From: Octopus sinensis
Lineage: Eukaryota
Reading direction: 5' to 3'
Assembly (NCBI RefSeq): GCF_006345805.1
Contig: NC_043002.1
Location: 104,098,001 to 104,162,000 of the forward strand
Length of the DNA: 64,000 nucleotides
Below the pieces are notes generated by a model. The model did not search any database. It was not told the origin of the DNA and saw only the letters and a program-made list of their open reading frames with translations. This document shows positions 1 through 12,448 of the stretch, piece after piece. The position numbers were made by a program, and so were the translations under genes. How positions within the stretch are numbered: the first letter of the stretch is position 1; each line of letters starts with the position of its first letter.

Positions 1-461
1 TGTGGAAATTTTCAACTATTCTGCAGAGTGGTTTCATGATAAGTTTGTAGCTGTTGAATAAAATTAATGCCCCAAACACGTATTTCACTTGCAGATGTGC
101 ACGTTTGAAATTTTTCAATGTTTTATTCCAAAATCTGATTTATTAATTAAACATGTTTCCTTGGATTTATAAAGCCAAAGAACAATATAAAATTTAGCAT
201 TATTTGCCAATGATTTAAATAAAATGAAAACCGAAGCAACGTTCGGCAACAATTTGCTAGAAATGGCTGTGAGATTATATTTTCTTCATGCCAAATAACA
301 TGAAGGACGATGAAGAAATATAAAGTTGGTTATATCTGAGAAGTTTGGCGTCTGACATCTAGCCGACATTCCAGTAAATAAGGGTTTTCTCGGATAACAA
401 TAAATTAATGAATTCTAAGCTTGCCTTTGAAATTATGAACCGAAGTCGTTTCGATACTTTG

Positions 462-655
462 GTAATTTGACTACGGCCATGCTGGGGTAACGCCTCGAAG
501 GGTTTTAGTGAAAGAAATCGACTTCAGAACATTATTTTAATTAAGCCATGTAATTATTCTTTCGGTCGCTTATGCCGTAGCGGTGGACACGAAAACGTAA
601 ACACACCACCACTTGTTGTCAAGCAGTGATGGGAGACAAACATAGGCACAAAGAC
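462..655 (-). mobile_element. Decayed 3' half of SINE family A
   Basis: TTTGACTACGGCCATGCTGGGG...TTGTCAAGCAGTGATGGGAGACAAAC aligns by eye to the tail of the intact copies at 6119-6546 and 19341-19757. Confidence 0.55.
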
Positions 656-667
656 ACACGCATAGAT

Positions 668-704
<37 letters not shown>

Positions 705-787
705 AACACACACAAAGATATATATCTATGTGTGTGTGTGTGTTTGTATGTGAGTGTATGTGCGTTTGTATGTGTGTGTGTGTATAA

Positions 788-920
788 GAGGCCGATAACA
801 GAAGTACTAGGCTTTAGAAATAATAGGAAAACCTAGGTCGTGCGAGCGATTTGTTCCAGTAAATCCCTTCAATGTGCTGCTTCAGTATGTCCTCAATCAA
901 ATAAGTGAAACAAATAAAAA
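788..920 (+). mobile_element. Decayed 3' tail of SINE family A, opposite orientation to 462-655
   Basis: CCGATAACAGAAGTACTAGGCTT...CAAATAAGTGAAACAAATAAAA resembles the tail of the plus-strand copy at 20137-20557. Confidence 0.45.
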
Positions 921-1218
921 GGTGAGGGATAAAAAAATATATGCACATATACGTAGTAATTATAACGGATCAAACGCATGTTTGTTCTGATAGAAGCATG
1001 AAACGAAAATATATCGTAGGGTCAGAGTGATGAACTGAGCATTTCCAAATCTTAAGCGACGTCGGTTCGTTCGAAAAAGGCAAGCGTAGCAAAAGATTAG
1101 TATAGTATAATTATGCGGAGAAAAACGCATGCAGTTACACTCGTTCACAGACATACAAATGCACACTGGTACAAATCGTACGAACATACATATATCGAGG
1201 GATACACATGTCCATATG

Positions 1219-1219
1219 A

Positions 1220-1300
<81 letters not shown>

Positions 1301-1303
1301 TAT

Positions 1304-1401
<98 letters not shown>

Positions 1402-1447
1402 CATACGAACATGTAGCTATATATATATAATTACATATACAAAAATG

Positions 1448-1478
<31 letters not shown>

Positions 1479-1498
1479 GCATATATATATATATATAG

Positions 1499-1538
<40 letters not shown>

Positions 1539-1545
1539 TATATAT

Positions 1546-1615
<70 letters not shown>
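1219..1615. repeat. Compound (TA)n microsatellite field, representative of dozens in the window
   Basis: Direct reading; source of the YIYIYI ORFs. Confidence 0.95.
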
Positions 1616-2375
1616 GCACGATACACGCACGAGTATGTGTGCAGTTGTACGTAAGTGCTTCCTGAGTGATTTTGTGAATTTACCTTCATATATTATTCCA
1701 GATGTTCTCGTTTCTGTGACTCTCTTCTTTTTTCTCTTCCGCATACGCTCACACACACACACACACACGGAGAGATACATCATACACACGTCACACATAC
1801 AGGCACACACACGTATATATGCATGCACACACACCTCTGTAAACTCTGTTTGATGATGGACAACGTAGAGCCGCAGGTAAAACCATTACACGCACTAATA
1901 GCCATTACCATTCCTTGTCCGATCATTGCCTGTTTCCTGGCGATAGAATTTCATAATTCACCTAGCACTGGCTTCCACAACCTTACAGATTAATGGCAAA
2001 AGAATAGCAACCGGGAAACCGAGCTCTAAGAATACACATTGCCATGTTTAGTGATCTATTCCAGCTGTCTTGCAGAATACTATATTCCTCTTTAAACCAA
2101 TCGCCTTGTTTCGGGAAATTAATCACTATTATTTCGCGGAGCTCTACTCACAAAGCTTAAAAACCGGAAGAGACCATTCTGATAAAATTTCGCTGCGAAT
2201 AAAGAATAGAGAAAGAAATAGAAGTTAGCAGTTAATGGCACAGAAAATTAATTGTACAATGTGAGAGTTCAGAAAATTACTCTAAATTTAGCTGTGTGCA
2301 TATCAAATCTTCTATATGACGAATCCTGGAGATGTTTAGCGCAGTTGCAAAGTTTCAATGAGGGGAAGAATCACA

Positions 2376-2441
<66 letters not shown>

Positions 2442-2493
2442 GTGTGTGTGTGTGTGTGTGTGTGTGCGTGCGTACGTGCGTGTGTGTATGTGT

Positions 2494-2556
<63 letters not shown>

Positions 2557-3354
2557 TATATATATACATAAATACATACACATATATATATAGATATAGA
2601 TATATATATATACATACATATATACATACATACATACATATATATATATATATGTATATATAATATTCCTTGTATAAATAGATATCTTGATGTAGATATC
2701 TCTAACTATCCATATCTCTAAATGTTTCTTCTCTCTTTGCACACACGCACAAATAGATTTACATACGCTTATATGTAAAAGGAAACGACAATAGAAAATG
2801 AGCCTATGACAAAAAAGAGGTTTACTTGGAATATGACCACGCGCAGGCACACAAGTATATATATATATATGTGTATGTGTGTGTGTGTGTGTATTTACAT
2901 ACACGTTTATCATAAAAGGATGAAAGCACACTCACGATTTGATTGAGCAGCGGGAAATGAAGCGGTATACTCAAAAAGACTAAACATCGACAGGTCCACA
3001 ATTCGAAACTCTAATCTTCCGATTATAAATGCTACAACTTAAGTCACCAAACCGCACGCTCCAAACCAACACGAACGCACGGACATACGCACACACATGC
3101 ACACACACACAGACACACACTCACACACGTGCACACTCACACACACTCACACAAGTATATGTGACAGCGATTTAGCTGACGGTAACTTTGAAATTGCTGT
3201 CGACTTGATTCTGATTTAAGAATATATTTGTACTCTACAAAAGCATAGAGTAACCCGTTAGATTTCTATCTGAACACAAAACAAACATACATATGATAGC
3301 CACCTTTATGTATAATATATATATATTATAATATATATATATATATATATTATA

Positions 3355-5904
3355 TATAATTTCAACAATTGAGGGCAAAATTAATTAATTATTAATCAAT
3401 TTCACCAAGTGTTCAGTATGCAAAGGGACCATTCAAGGCAAATCTTCGAAAGGGTATGTTCTTATTTTCAGTGTTTCCAATCCAAACCAAGGAATTTCTG
3501 AGCTGATGATAGAAGTGTTGTTTTTTGACTAATCTTGAATCGTACGTTCTCAAATAACCTTAGCATTTGATTTTTCGATGTCCTTACCCCCAAACTTTTG
3601 TGAGTTGATTAAGCAAACACATATATGAGAGAGATTTTCTTTAAGTATTAGAAATAGCTTTAAAAAAGTTTTTAGCTGCTATTTCTAATGAGTTCAGTAT
3701 GCGGCAAAGTAATTTATTTTACTAAGCCCTTTTATATAATGTAATAATTTGAATTTGCCTTGAATGGTCCTTTGCATACTGAACACTTGGTGAAATTGAT
3801 TAATAATTAATTAATTTTGCCCTCAATTGTTGAAATTATAATTAATCTCCCTCTGATTAATGCTTCGGATTTTACCGAATAAGCATAGTGTTTGATGTTT
3901 TTAACCCACGCTGGTGGAAAGGGGAGAACAGAGATTCTTCGCTTGCTTATTTGAATTTGTTGGCACTGTAGTTACGAGCAAATCTTCGAAAGGGTATGTT
4001 CTTATTTTCAGTGTTCCAAATCCAAACCAAGGAATTTCTGAGCTGATGATAGAAGTGTTGTTTTTTCTAATCTTGAACGTACGTTCTCAAATACCTTAGC
4101 ATTTGATTTTTCGATGTCCTTACCCCAAAACTTTTGTGAGTTGAATTAAGCAAACACTATATATGAGAGAGATTTTCTTAAGTATTAGAAATAGCTTTAA
4201 AAAAGTTTTTTAGCTGCTATTTCTAATGAGTTCAGTATGCGGCAAAGTAATTTATTTTACTAAGCCCTTTTATATAATGTAATAATTTGAATTTGCCTTG
4301 AATGGTCCCTTTGCATACTGAACACTTGGTGAAATTGATTAATAATTATTAATTTTGCCCTCAATTGTTGAAATTATAATAATCTCCCTCTGATTAATGC
4401 TTCGGATTTTACCGAAATAAGCATAGTGTTTGATGTTTTTAACCCACGCTGGTGGAAAGGGGAGAACAGAGATTCTTCGCTTGCTTATTTGAATTGTTGG
4501 CACTGTTAGTTACGAGCAAATCTTCGAAAGGGTATGTTCTTATTTTCAGTTTTTCCAAATCCAAACCAAGGAATTTCTGAGCTGATGATAGAAGTGTTGT
4601 TTTTTGACTAATCTGAAACGTACGTTCTCAATAACCTTAGCATTTGATTTTTCGATGTCCTTACCCCCAAACTTTTGTGAGTTGAATTAAGCAAACACTA
4701 TATATGAGAGAGATTTTCTTTAAGTATTAGAAATAGCTTTAAAAAAGTTTTTAGCTGCTATTTCTAATGAGTTCAGTATGCGGCAAAGTAATTTTTTACT
4801 AAGCCCTTTTATAATGTAATAATTTGAATTTGCCTTGAATGGTCCCTTTGCATACTGAAAACTTGGTGAAATTGATTAATAATTAATTAATTTTGCCCTC
4901 AATTGTTGAAATTATAATTAATCTCCCTCTGATTAATGCTTCGGATTTTACCGAAATAAGCATAGTGTTTGATGTTTTTAACCCACGCTGGTGGAAAGGG
5001 GAGAACAGAGATTCTTCGCTTGCTTATTTGAATTTGTTGGCACTGTTAGTTACGAGCAAATCTTCGAAAGGGTATGTTCTTATTTTCAGTTTTTCCAATC
5101 CAACCAAGGAATTTCTGAGCTGATGATAGAGAAGTGTTGTTTTTTGACTAATCTTGAAACGTACGTTCTCAAATAACCTTAGCATTTGATTTTTCGATGT
5201 CCTTCCCAACTTTTGTGAGTTGAATTAAGCAAACACTATATATGAGAGAGATTTTCTTTAAGTATTAGAAATAGCTTTAAAAAAGTTTTTTAGCTGCTAT
5301 TTCTAATGAGTTCAGTATGCGGCAAGTAGTAATTATTTTACTAAGCCCTTTTATATAATGTAATAATTTGAATTGCCTTGAATGGTCCCTTTGCATACTG
5401 AAAACTTGGTGAAATTGATTAATAATTAATTAATTTTGCCCTCAATTGTTGAAATTATAATTAATCTCCCTCTGATTAATGCTTCGGATTTTACCGAAAT
5501 AAGCATAGTGTTTGATGTTTTTAACCCACGCTGGTGGAAAGGGGAGAACAGAGATTCTTCGCTTCTTATTGAATTTGTTGGCACTGTTAGTTACGAGCAA
5601 ATCTTCGAAAGGGTATGTTCTTATTTTCAGTGTTTCCAAATCCAAACCAAGGAATTTCTGAGCTGATGATAGAAGTGTTGTTTTTTGACTAATCTTGAAA
5701 CGTACGTTCTCAAATAACCTTAGCATTTGATTTTTCGATTGTCCTTACCCCCAAAATTTTGTGAGTTGAATTAAGCAAACACTATATATGAGAGAGATTT
5801 TCTTTAAGTATTAGAAATAGCTTTAAAAAAGTTTTTTAGCTGCTATTTCTAATGAGTTCAGTATGCGGCAAAGTAATTTATTTTACTAAGCCCTTTTATA
5901 TAAT
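3355..5904 (+). mobile_element. ~540-bp tandem array (~4.6 units) with an 89-bp inverted left end; candidate retrozyme/PLE-type non-autonomous retroelement
   Basis: Landmark GCAAATCTTCGAAAGGG at 3438, 3978, 4516, 5056, 5597 (period 538-541). 3355-3443 is the reverse complement of 3753-3840. (TA)n flanks both ends. One HHR-like motif per unit. Confidence 0.85.
5659..5712 (+). ncRNA. Candidate type-I minimal hammerhead ribozyme (unit 5; homologous cores at 3503, 4043, 4582, 5120)
   Basis: Stem I TGAG/CTCA (extendable to AAGG/CCTT); core CTGATGA 5663-5669; GAAA 5697-5700; palindromic stem III ACGTACGT 5700-5707; H17=U at 5708. Stem II (AGAAGT/ACT-AA-TCT) lacks the canonical G10.1-C11.1 closing pair. 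Confidence 0.6.
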
Positions 5905-5925
5905 ATATATATATATATATATATA

Positions 5926-6118
5926 CGGGGGTAAGCACATAATTGTGATTTAAGTTGGTAAAAATGGGTACTGAAATACCAGAGGTTGAGTAATATACTT
6001 TATTAAAAGCAGCAGAAATATCACAAAAAGTGCTGCTCAGACTTTCACGTTCCCGTTCGTCGAACAGTTTTGTTAGACTGCAAGAAAACTGTTCGGCTAC
6101 TCATAGGCCCAAATGTAC
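5926..6118 (-). repeat. Fragment of an unidentified interspersed repeat abutting (TA)n
   Basis: Non-microsatellite segment between the (TA)n and a SINE-A copy, with a 10-bp hairpin GAACAGTTTT/AAAACTGTTC (~6062-6094). Resembles a retroelement end, but the family is not established. Confidence 0.35.
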
Positions 6119-6546
6119 CTCTTTACTCTTTACTCCTTTACTCTTTTACTTGTTTCAGTCATTTGACTGCGGCCATGCTGGAGCACCGCCTTTAATCGAG
6201 CAACTCGACCCCGGGACTTATTCTTTTTGTAAGCCCAGTACTTATTCTATCGGTCTCTTTTGCCGAACCGCTAAGTAACGGGGACATAAACACACCAGCA
6301 TCGGTTGTCAAGCAATGCTAGGGGGACAAACACAGACACACAAACAAACACACATTCACGTATATATATATACATATATACGACAGGCTTCTTTCAGTTT
6401 CCGTCTACCAAATCCACTCACAAGGCATTGGTCGGCCCGGGGCTATAGCGGAAGACACTTGCCCAAGATGCCACGCAGTGGGACTGAACCCGGAACCATG
6501 TGGTTGGTAAACAAGCTACTTACCACACAACCACTCCTGCGCCTAT
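6119..6546 (-). mobile_element. Full-length tRNA-derived SINE, family A
   Basis: Minus strand begins TAGGCGCAGGAGTGGTTGTGTGGTAAG (A-box-like), then GGTTCAGTCCC (B-box-like), TTGGGCAAGTGTCTT core, internal (TA)/(TG) tract and (AAGAGTA)n tail; several near-identical copies in the window. Confidence 0.9.
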
Positions 6547-7559
6547 ACCGAAATAACTTAACATTGCCCGATGATTATCTAGAAGATTACCACTCGTTTG
6601 TATAATAACCACCTCCGAGGTTCTACTAAGGGTTACACAATGGTTTAGGCAGAGAACACGTTTATTATTCTGTAAAAGAATAGAAATGACAGTTAATTCG
6701 AAGTTTCGTCCACCGAAGCCAACATAGGGCTCTGGTATATTTGACTTCATATTTTTTTTTCGTTATCTCTATACTCTTCGTTAAATTCTACACACTTTGT
6801 ACATTTATAAAGAAGTATAAATATTCACCTATTCCTATATTCTTTCTTCTTTTATTCTTGAACACTGTTCAGTTATTGAAGAATTGTGTATTACACATAT
6901 TTTGTCACACCTTCACTATATAAAATGCATTGCACAGTTTAGATAAATATCTCATCTGAAAGTTCAGTTGGAATTATAATATTTATTCGTCGAATTTTAC
7001 AGATTTTTGTAGAAACAGTTAATTCTACAGAGCAGAACAAAAAGTAAAGAAGATAATGCGCAAAGTTATCCATGTGACCTCCCATCTTCAAAGAGTTCAG
7101 GCCGTATCCGGAATATTTGATGTCTTTTCTTACTGTATTCTTTGATGCTCTATTCTTTGATGCCATGGATACTAATCCATTTTAGTGTCGGAGGTGGTCT
7201 CAGCAATGTGTGATTTGTATGGAAAGTGTGTTCAATTGTTCCTGAAGAGCTTATGATGCTTGTTTCAACGGTGATATTTGAGTCGAGTTGTTGTGATCAG
7301 ATGCGTTTTAGGTATTAACCTTAGGTGTCCCCTTTGATGTTTCCCTAACAATTCTTTGCGCACAATATGATGCTGAAGTATATTCTCCTTTCGGATGTTG
7401 CAGCAGACGAGGACCTCTTCTTACGGTTCAAATATGTCCATGGCTTCTTGTCAGTTTCTCTGATAGCTTTTTGACAAACGGGTCACATCACGAATAATAT
7501 TTGGTTTATCAGTCTCAGCTCGAGAGTTACGGCCAAGCTGGCGCATGGCCGTTAGCTTT

Positions 7560-7850
7560 GTAACACTTTCGCTACTTGAAAGCTCTTCTGATGTGTAGCA
7601 TTTGGCGAATGAAGGAGTTTCAAGGATATTTCCCCTCATCAGCGTCTCTTGTAGAGAGATGGGTTCATCTGGATCCCTTTACTGGAGGAGAACGAGTATT
7701 GTTTTGAAAACACCTCCATCCGCACGATCTAGATCTTTCAGGCTTTTGGGCAGGACATCGAAGGAATGTGGGTATTTGAAACTAAAGCTGTCGCAGTATC
7801 TAGTCAATATGAAGTGGCGCCCCCCTCGACTGTTTCTGTATCTTTCCTGA
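7560..7850 (-). pseudogene. CR1/L2-type LINE ORF2 C-terminal relic
   Basis: Minus-strand translation GGRHFILTRYCDSFSFKYPHSFDVLPKSLKDLDRADGGVFKTILVLL*..PDEP resembles the CR1-group terminal motif FN.LP..L...FK..LD..L..VPDEP as I recall it. Confidence 0.6.
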
Positions 7851-8190
7851 TTCATGAGAATAGTGAATAAGCAATCATTTGTGTTGCAAATAAACGCCCA
7901 CTTTAATAGAAATTCATTATATTTGACAAAAGCAGTTTTAGTTTAAAAAGGCAAAAACACATCGTGATAAACGTACATACATCATGTTAAGAAAAACTTA
8001 TTGCGGTATTCATGTTCGATCCCGTAAGGATGGCTTGTGTTTAAAAACAAAATGTTCATATATCATACAGAGACGGACAGAGAGAAGTCATCTCTGAAGC
8101 ATCGAACTAGAAAATCAGATGCTATTTGGCAAATAATGTTTACTGCAAATAATTTTTTGATAGTGGAAAGGAAGGTATGTAAATATATAT

Positions 8191-8501
8191 GGAAAGCACT
8201 CCGTCGGTTACGACGACGAGGGTTCCGGTTGATCCGATCAACGGAACAGCCTGCTCGTGAAATTAACGTGTAAGTGGCTGAGCACTCCACAGACACGTGT
8301 ACCCTTAACGCAGTTCTCGGGGATATTCAGCGTGACACAGCGAGTGACAAGGCCGGCCCTTTGAAATACAGGTACAACAGAAACAGGAAGTAAGAGAAAG
8401 TTGTGGTGAAAGAGTACAGCAGGGATCACCACCATCCCCGCCGGAACCTCGTGGAGCTTTAGGTGTTTTTGCTCAATAAACACTCGCAACGCCCGGTCTG
8501 G
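8191..8501 (-). mobile_element. SINE family B with tail 1, tRNA head truncated
   Basis: Reverse complement of ~61815-62130 with few differences. Confidence 0.9.
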
Positions 8502-8734
8502 TAAATATATATACACACACATAGACTGTCGTCTGTAAGTCTGTCTATTTCAATGTGTGTATGCCGTGTTTTAGCTTCTGGCATGAGCATGTGAGAGTGT
8601 GTTGATCTGCTTGTGCGTATATTCACACCTCATTCATAATAGCACACCCTTTATCTCAGTGATGCTATATTCTACCAAATAAAATCTCGGCATATTCGCT
8701 CCTGTGAGGAGAAAACTCTATTTTTTAAACTTTC

Positions 8735-9095
8735 ATCTTGTATTTCTTTCATCCATTAGGCTATGGCCATAGTTAGGGACCATCTTGAAACATTTTGGAG
8801 CCCAGATCTTCCAAAAGTGACAAAGCCGCAAACACACCATTAGCAGGTGTCAAGTGATACATGTGGACAGGTACAGACTCCGTCACACAGACACACTCAT
8901 GCTAACACACACACACACACACTTATGTATGCGCACGCACGCACATACACATATACGACGGACTTCCTTCGATTCCCGCTCACCAAATCAATTAAAAGTC
9001 TTTGGCAGACACAAAGCTAGTAGAAGACACTTGCCCAAGGGGGCAGGCAATGCGACGGAACATGGAATCATGTGATTGAGAAACAAACTTCCCAT
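8735..9095 (-). mobile_element. Old decayed SINE family A
   Basis: AGAAGACACTTGCCCAAGG core plus decayed head and tail. Confidence 0.6.
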
Positions 9096-9679
9096 CGTTT
9101 AGATGCGCCTGTCCATCTTTCAAACAATATTATATATAATGCCATTGAAATTTCTGTTTTTTGAGAGAAGATATATCGAAACCGCCCCTATAAATTACTC
9201 GTTCTATGTTTCACAGGTCGTGCCATGCAAACTGCAACTTCATTGCTATGTGATAACAATTCTTTCACCTTCAATTTTATCCATTAATATCTCCATTTTG
9301 CTGCGTCAATTCCATTTATGGTGCAAAACATTTTGAATTAAGGTCAGTAGATATCGCTATGTTTCTTTGTATCAGAAAAGGGATTGGTCTGTTGTAGATG
9401 AGATGTGCAGAAGGAGGTGGTCATGTACAGACAGCAAATGGAGGATGAAAAGAAATCGATAAAAAGGAAGCAGCTAAAAAATGGAAACGAAAAAAATACT
9501 AAAGAAATTGCTACAGCAACGAAACCAGAAAGAATCTGGTTATTTATTTTTGTGGCATCAGAATTTCTTTTACTTGTTTCCAGTTACACACACACACACA
9601 CATCTATGTATGTATGGGTGTATGCGTCTGTAAGTGTGTGTTTGCGTGCTTGGATGCATGTATATGTACGTATGTATAC

Positions 9680-9772
<93 letters not shown>

Positions 9773-12191
9773 CATATATATATATAATATTATATTCACC
9801 CACTCTCTCACACAGGTATATATTTGAATAAATTCTTTTTCTCAGAATATTGTAAAAAGAAAGTGACATATGTTCTATTTGATTCTAGTATTGTTTCTTC
9901 TTTTATATTTTTCTTCTTTGCCATTCAATTTTGTAGTGCATACTTGTTCGGCTAAACCTTTCCAAACTTCGTCTTTACCTTGTTTACCACTCTTCTATTT
10001 GACAATTTTCAATAATCCGATCAGTTTTTCGATTTTCCAAAGAAATATTTGCCTTTGTTGATTTAAATAGCTTACAGGTTTTTATTCACTCTTTTCCTTT
10101 TCATACGCGTTATTCATCTTTTAAGAACCTTTTCCGACTTGGACACATTTTCAACTATTTTATTTTCCTCAGATATTCCTGGCTTGTTTTTCACTAAGTT
10201 TTTTTTTTTTACTTTACTATATTTCAATTTTTCAATGAAACTTAAAATGCTAAATAAAAGAAGTTGAGAAAAAATTCAATCTTCTTTTCCATTAAAACTT
10301 TCTTTTCTGTACTATTTTAATCATCTTATTTTCTCACCGTTCCTTATCTCCTCTTCAGCGAAAGGGCATTGCTTTTCATGAAAACACGTCTTCAAACAAA
10401 TATTCTGATTCGCTTCTGCGCATTCCTGTATTAAAGGCATTCGTACTTTTGCAACAATTTTAATTAAAATTGGCTACAGACCAATCACGTATAATTAACG
10501 CTGATTGATGTAGGAAGAATAATAAAAAGAAAAGAAAGTAGCACATAGACAAAAACAACGGTAAAAATCCGGGCATTTTATAGCATGATTCAATATGAAG
10601 GACATTTGTTGGCAGAAAACAATTGCAATCTTATTTATTACTTGAGAAAATATAGTTTCTTCGGCATTTATGTAGGACATGTTGAGACATAATCACTTGT
10701 ATGTGGTTTTCTATGGCAGTATTCGGTTGTAATATCGGCTTTGTGAGTGCGTTGCAATTAGTAAATATTATAGAAAGGTTTCTCAATAATAATAATTATA
10801 CAGAATCTAAAATACATAACGAAAGCAAGATATATTTACTATCAATCTGAACAAGCCGATTTATGAGGATCAATTCTTCTCGCCGGAGATCAACAGCGAT
10901 TGATGAGAAATTCAGAAATAATCTTCTGTATTTGATCACAATACTTATAGCTTCAGTAATTGAAATAAATTGTTCAATATTAGCTTGCATTTTATAAAAG
11001 TAATACAGAAACGTCATCGTAATTTTGACTTATGATATATCAAAGTAGTTATTCTATGAAAACCACTCAGTTTATTGTAAAATATCCATTAGGAATATTG
11101 CATATATCATCAATATATTGTATAAATATCTCCAGCTTTGCTCCTCGTCTTTCAATGTCATGTTATTACTTGTCTAGTTTAGAAGAAGGAACAACAAACA
11201 ATGCAAACACGTCTTGCCTCCTCCATCTTCTATCATTCTGATCTCTCACTCGTTTTCTCTCTCCCACATTCTTCCCCCCGCCGCTCGCTCTCTTCTCTTG
11301 TAGAAATGTTTTCCACTCCTATATGTTTCAGTGATTTAACAGTGAAACACACAAAAGACAGCAGCGGAAAGCAAGTAAATATGACAATGTATTACAATCA
11401 GAAAATTATAGAAATGAAGCAAAAAAACAAAAAGAAAGAAAGAATAGCCATCATGGCTCCCACACGCCGTCATTTGACCTGCTAGAAATAGCAGAGAAAT
11501 TTTATTCAAAACCAGCCTGACCAAGTACTAAACGGTAGAGAAAATGTTATTAAAATTTAATGGGACGTAATAGGTAGTGTAAGTTTGTGTGCATATGTGT
11601 GTGTGTACGTGCGTACGAGTATGTGTGTATGTGTGTGTGTGTGTGTGTGCGTGCGTGCGTGCGTGTGTTCATAAACACAAACTCATATTTGTTGAGAAGG
11701 AGCGAGAAAGAAAAACATGAAAGCACAATGAAAGATAACTACATATATTTGAAAATGCTGCAATGGTACCATCAATTTTAAGCGATTATAAGGAATAACA
11801 CTACGATATCTAATGATAGGTGGACTCAATGCTAATAAGATAGGAGAATTCAGTAAAACTTCGGTTTTACTGGAGTTTTAGTGGGGTACTGTAGTACTTG
11901 GTGGTCCTATTCTTTGGTTTTCCCTCCGTTGCTTAAAACTGCTTCAATTGTTTCGTTACTAAATTGGCTCTTTTTCTATATCATTACAACAAACATCCCA
12001 TAAAAGGGTTTTCTTTCAAATGTCAGATGAGTTCCCGTATTTAATAAGTATTTCTTATAAAATATAATTAGTTCGTGTCAGGTAAATGCTGGGAGATGTT
12101 TCGAAGGGCAAATTTATTGAAACGGCTCCGCTGGGGTCGTTAAATACCTAAAGGAAAAGAACGACAACCGTCTTTCATTTGATATATATAT

Positions 12192-12268
<77 letters not shown>

Positions 12269-12394
12269 AACGTATACACGCATGATGTAGTTCACTGTTT
12301 CGATCGATCAACTCGAAGACATAGTAGAAAACACTTATGCTCTGTGCCGCCCATGGCAATGAGCCACAAAATCACGTTGTTATAAAATGATCTT

Positions 12395-12448
12395 CCTAAA
12401 CCTACGGCCAGGCCTCAGCATATGCCGAGGCCTGGTTGTAGGTTTAGG
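12395..12448. repeat. 54-bp GC-rich near-perfect palindrome (27-bp arms, no spacer)
   Basis: CCTAAACCTACGGCCAGGCCTCAGCAT|ATGCCGAGGCCTGGTTGTAGGTTTAGG; three non-Watson-Crick positions, two of them G.T. Confidence 0.9.

Noticed and set aside
3438-5904. Possible CRISPR array or coding tandem repeat; also the short ORFs in the units (e.g. 4893-5123, 5436-5666)
   Set aside because: Units are wholly repeated with no unique spacers, the context is eukaryotic, and frames differ between units because of indels with no recognisable domain.
6030-6070. Hammerhead-like motif on the minus strand (TCGACGA-ACG-GGAA-CGT-GAAA)
   Set aside because: Stem II and GAAA fit, but the core is TCGACGA rather than CTGANGA and I cannot build stem III with a valid NUH; at most a relic.
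6950-7500. Faint transposase-like words (RIRPELF, HMDNFAH, IIRDVTR) on the minus strand
   Set aside because: They occur in different frames and point to different superfamilies; too weak to call.
10490-11020. Hydrophobic short ORFs suggestive of a GPCR fragment
   Set aside because: Frames are closed by stops, and no coherent transmembrane series or signature motif is present.
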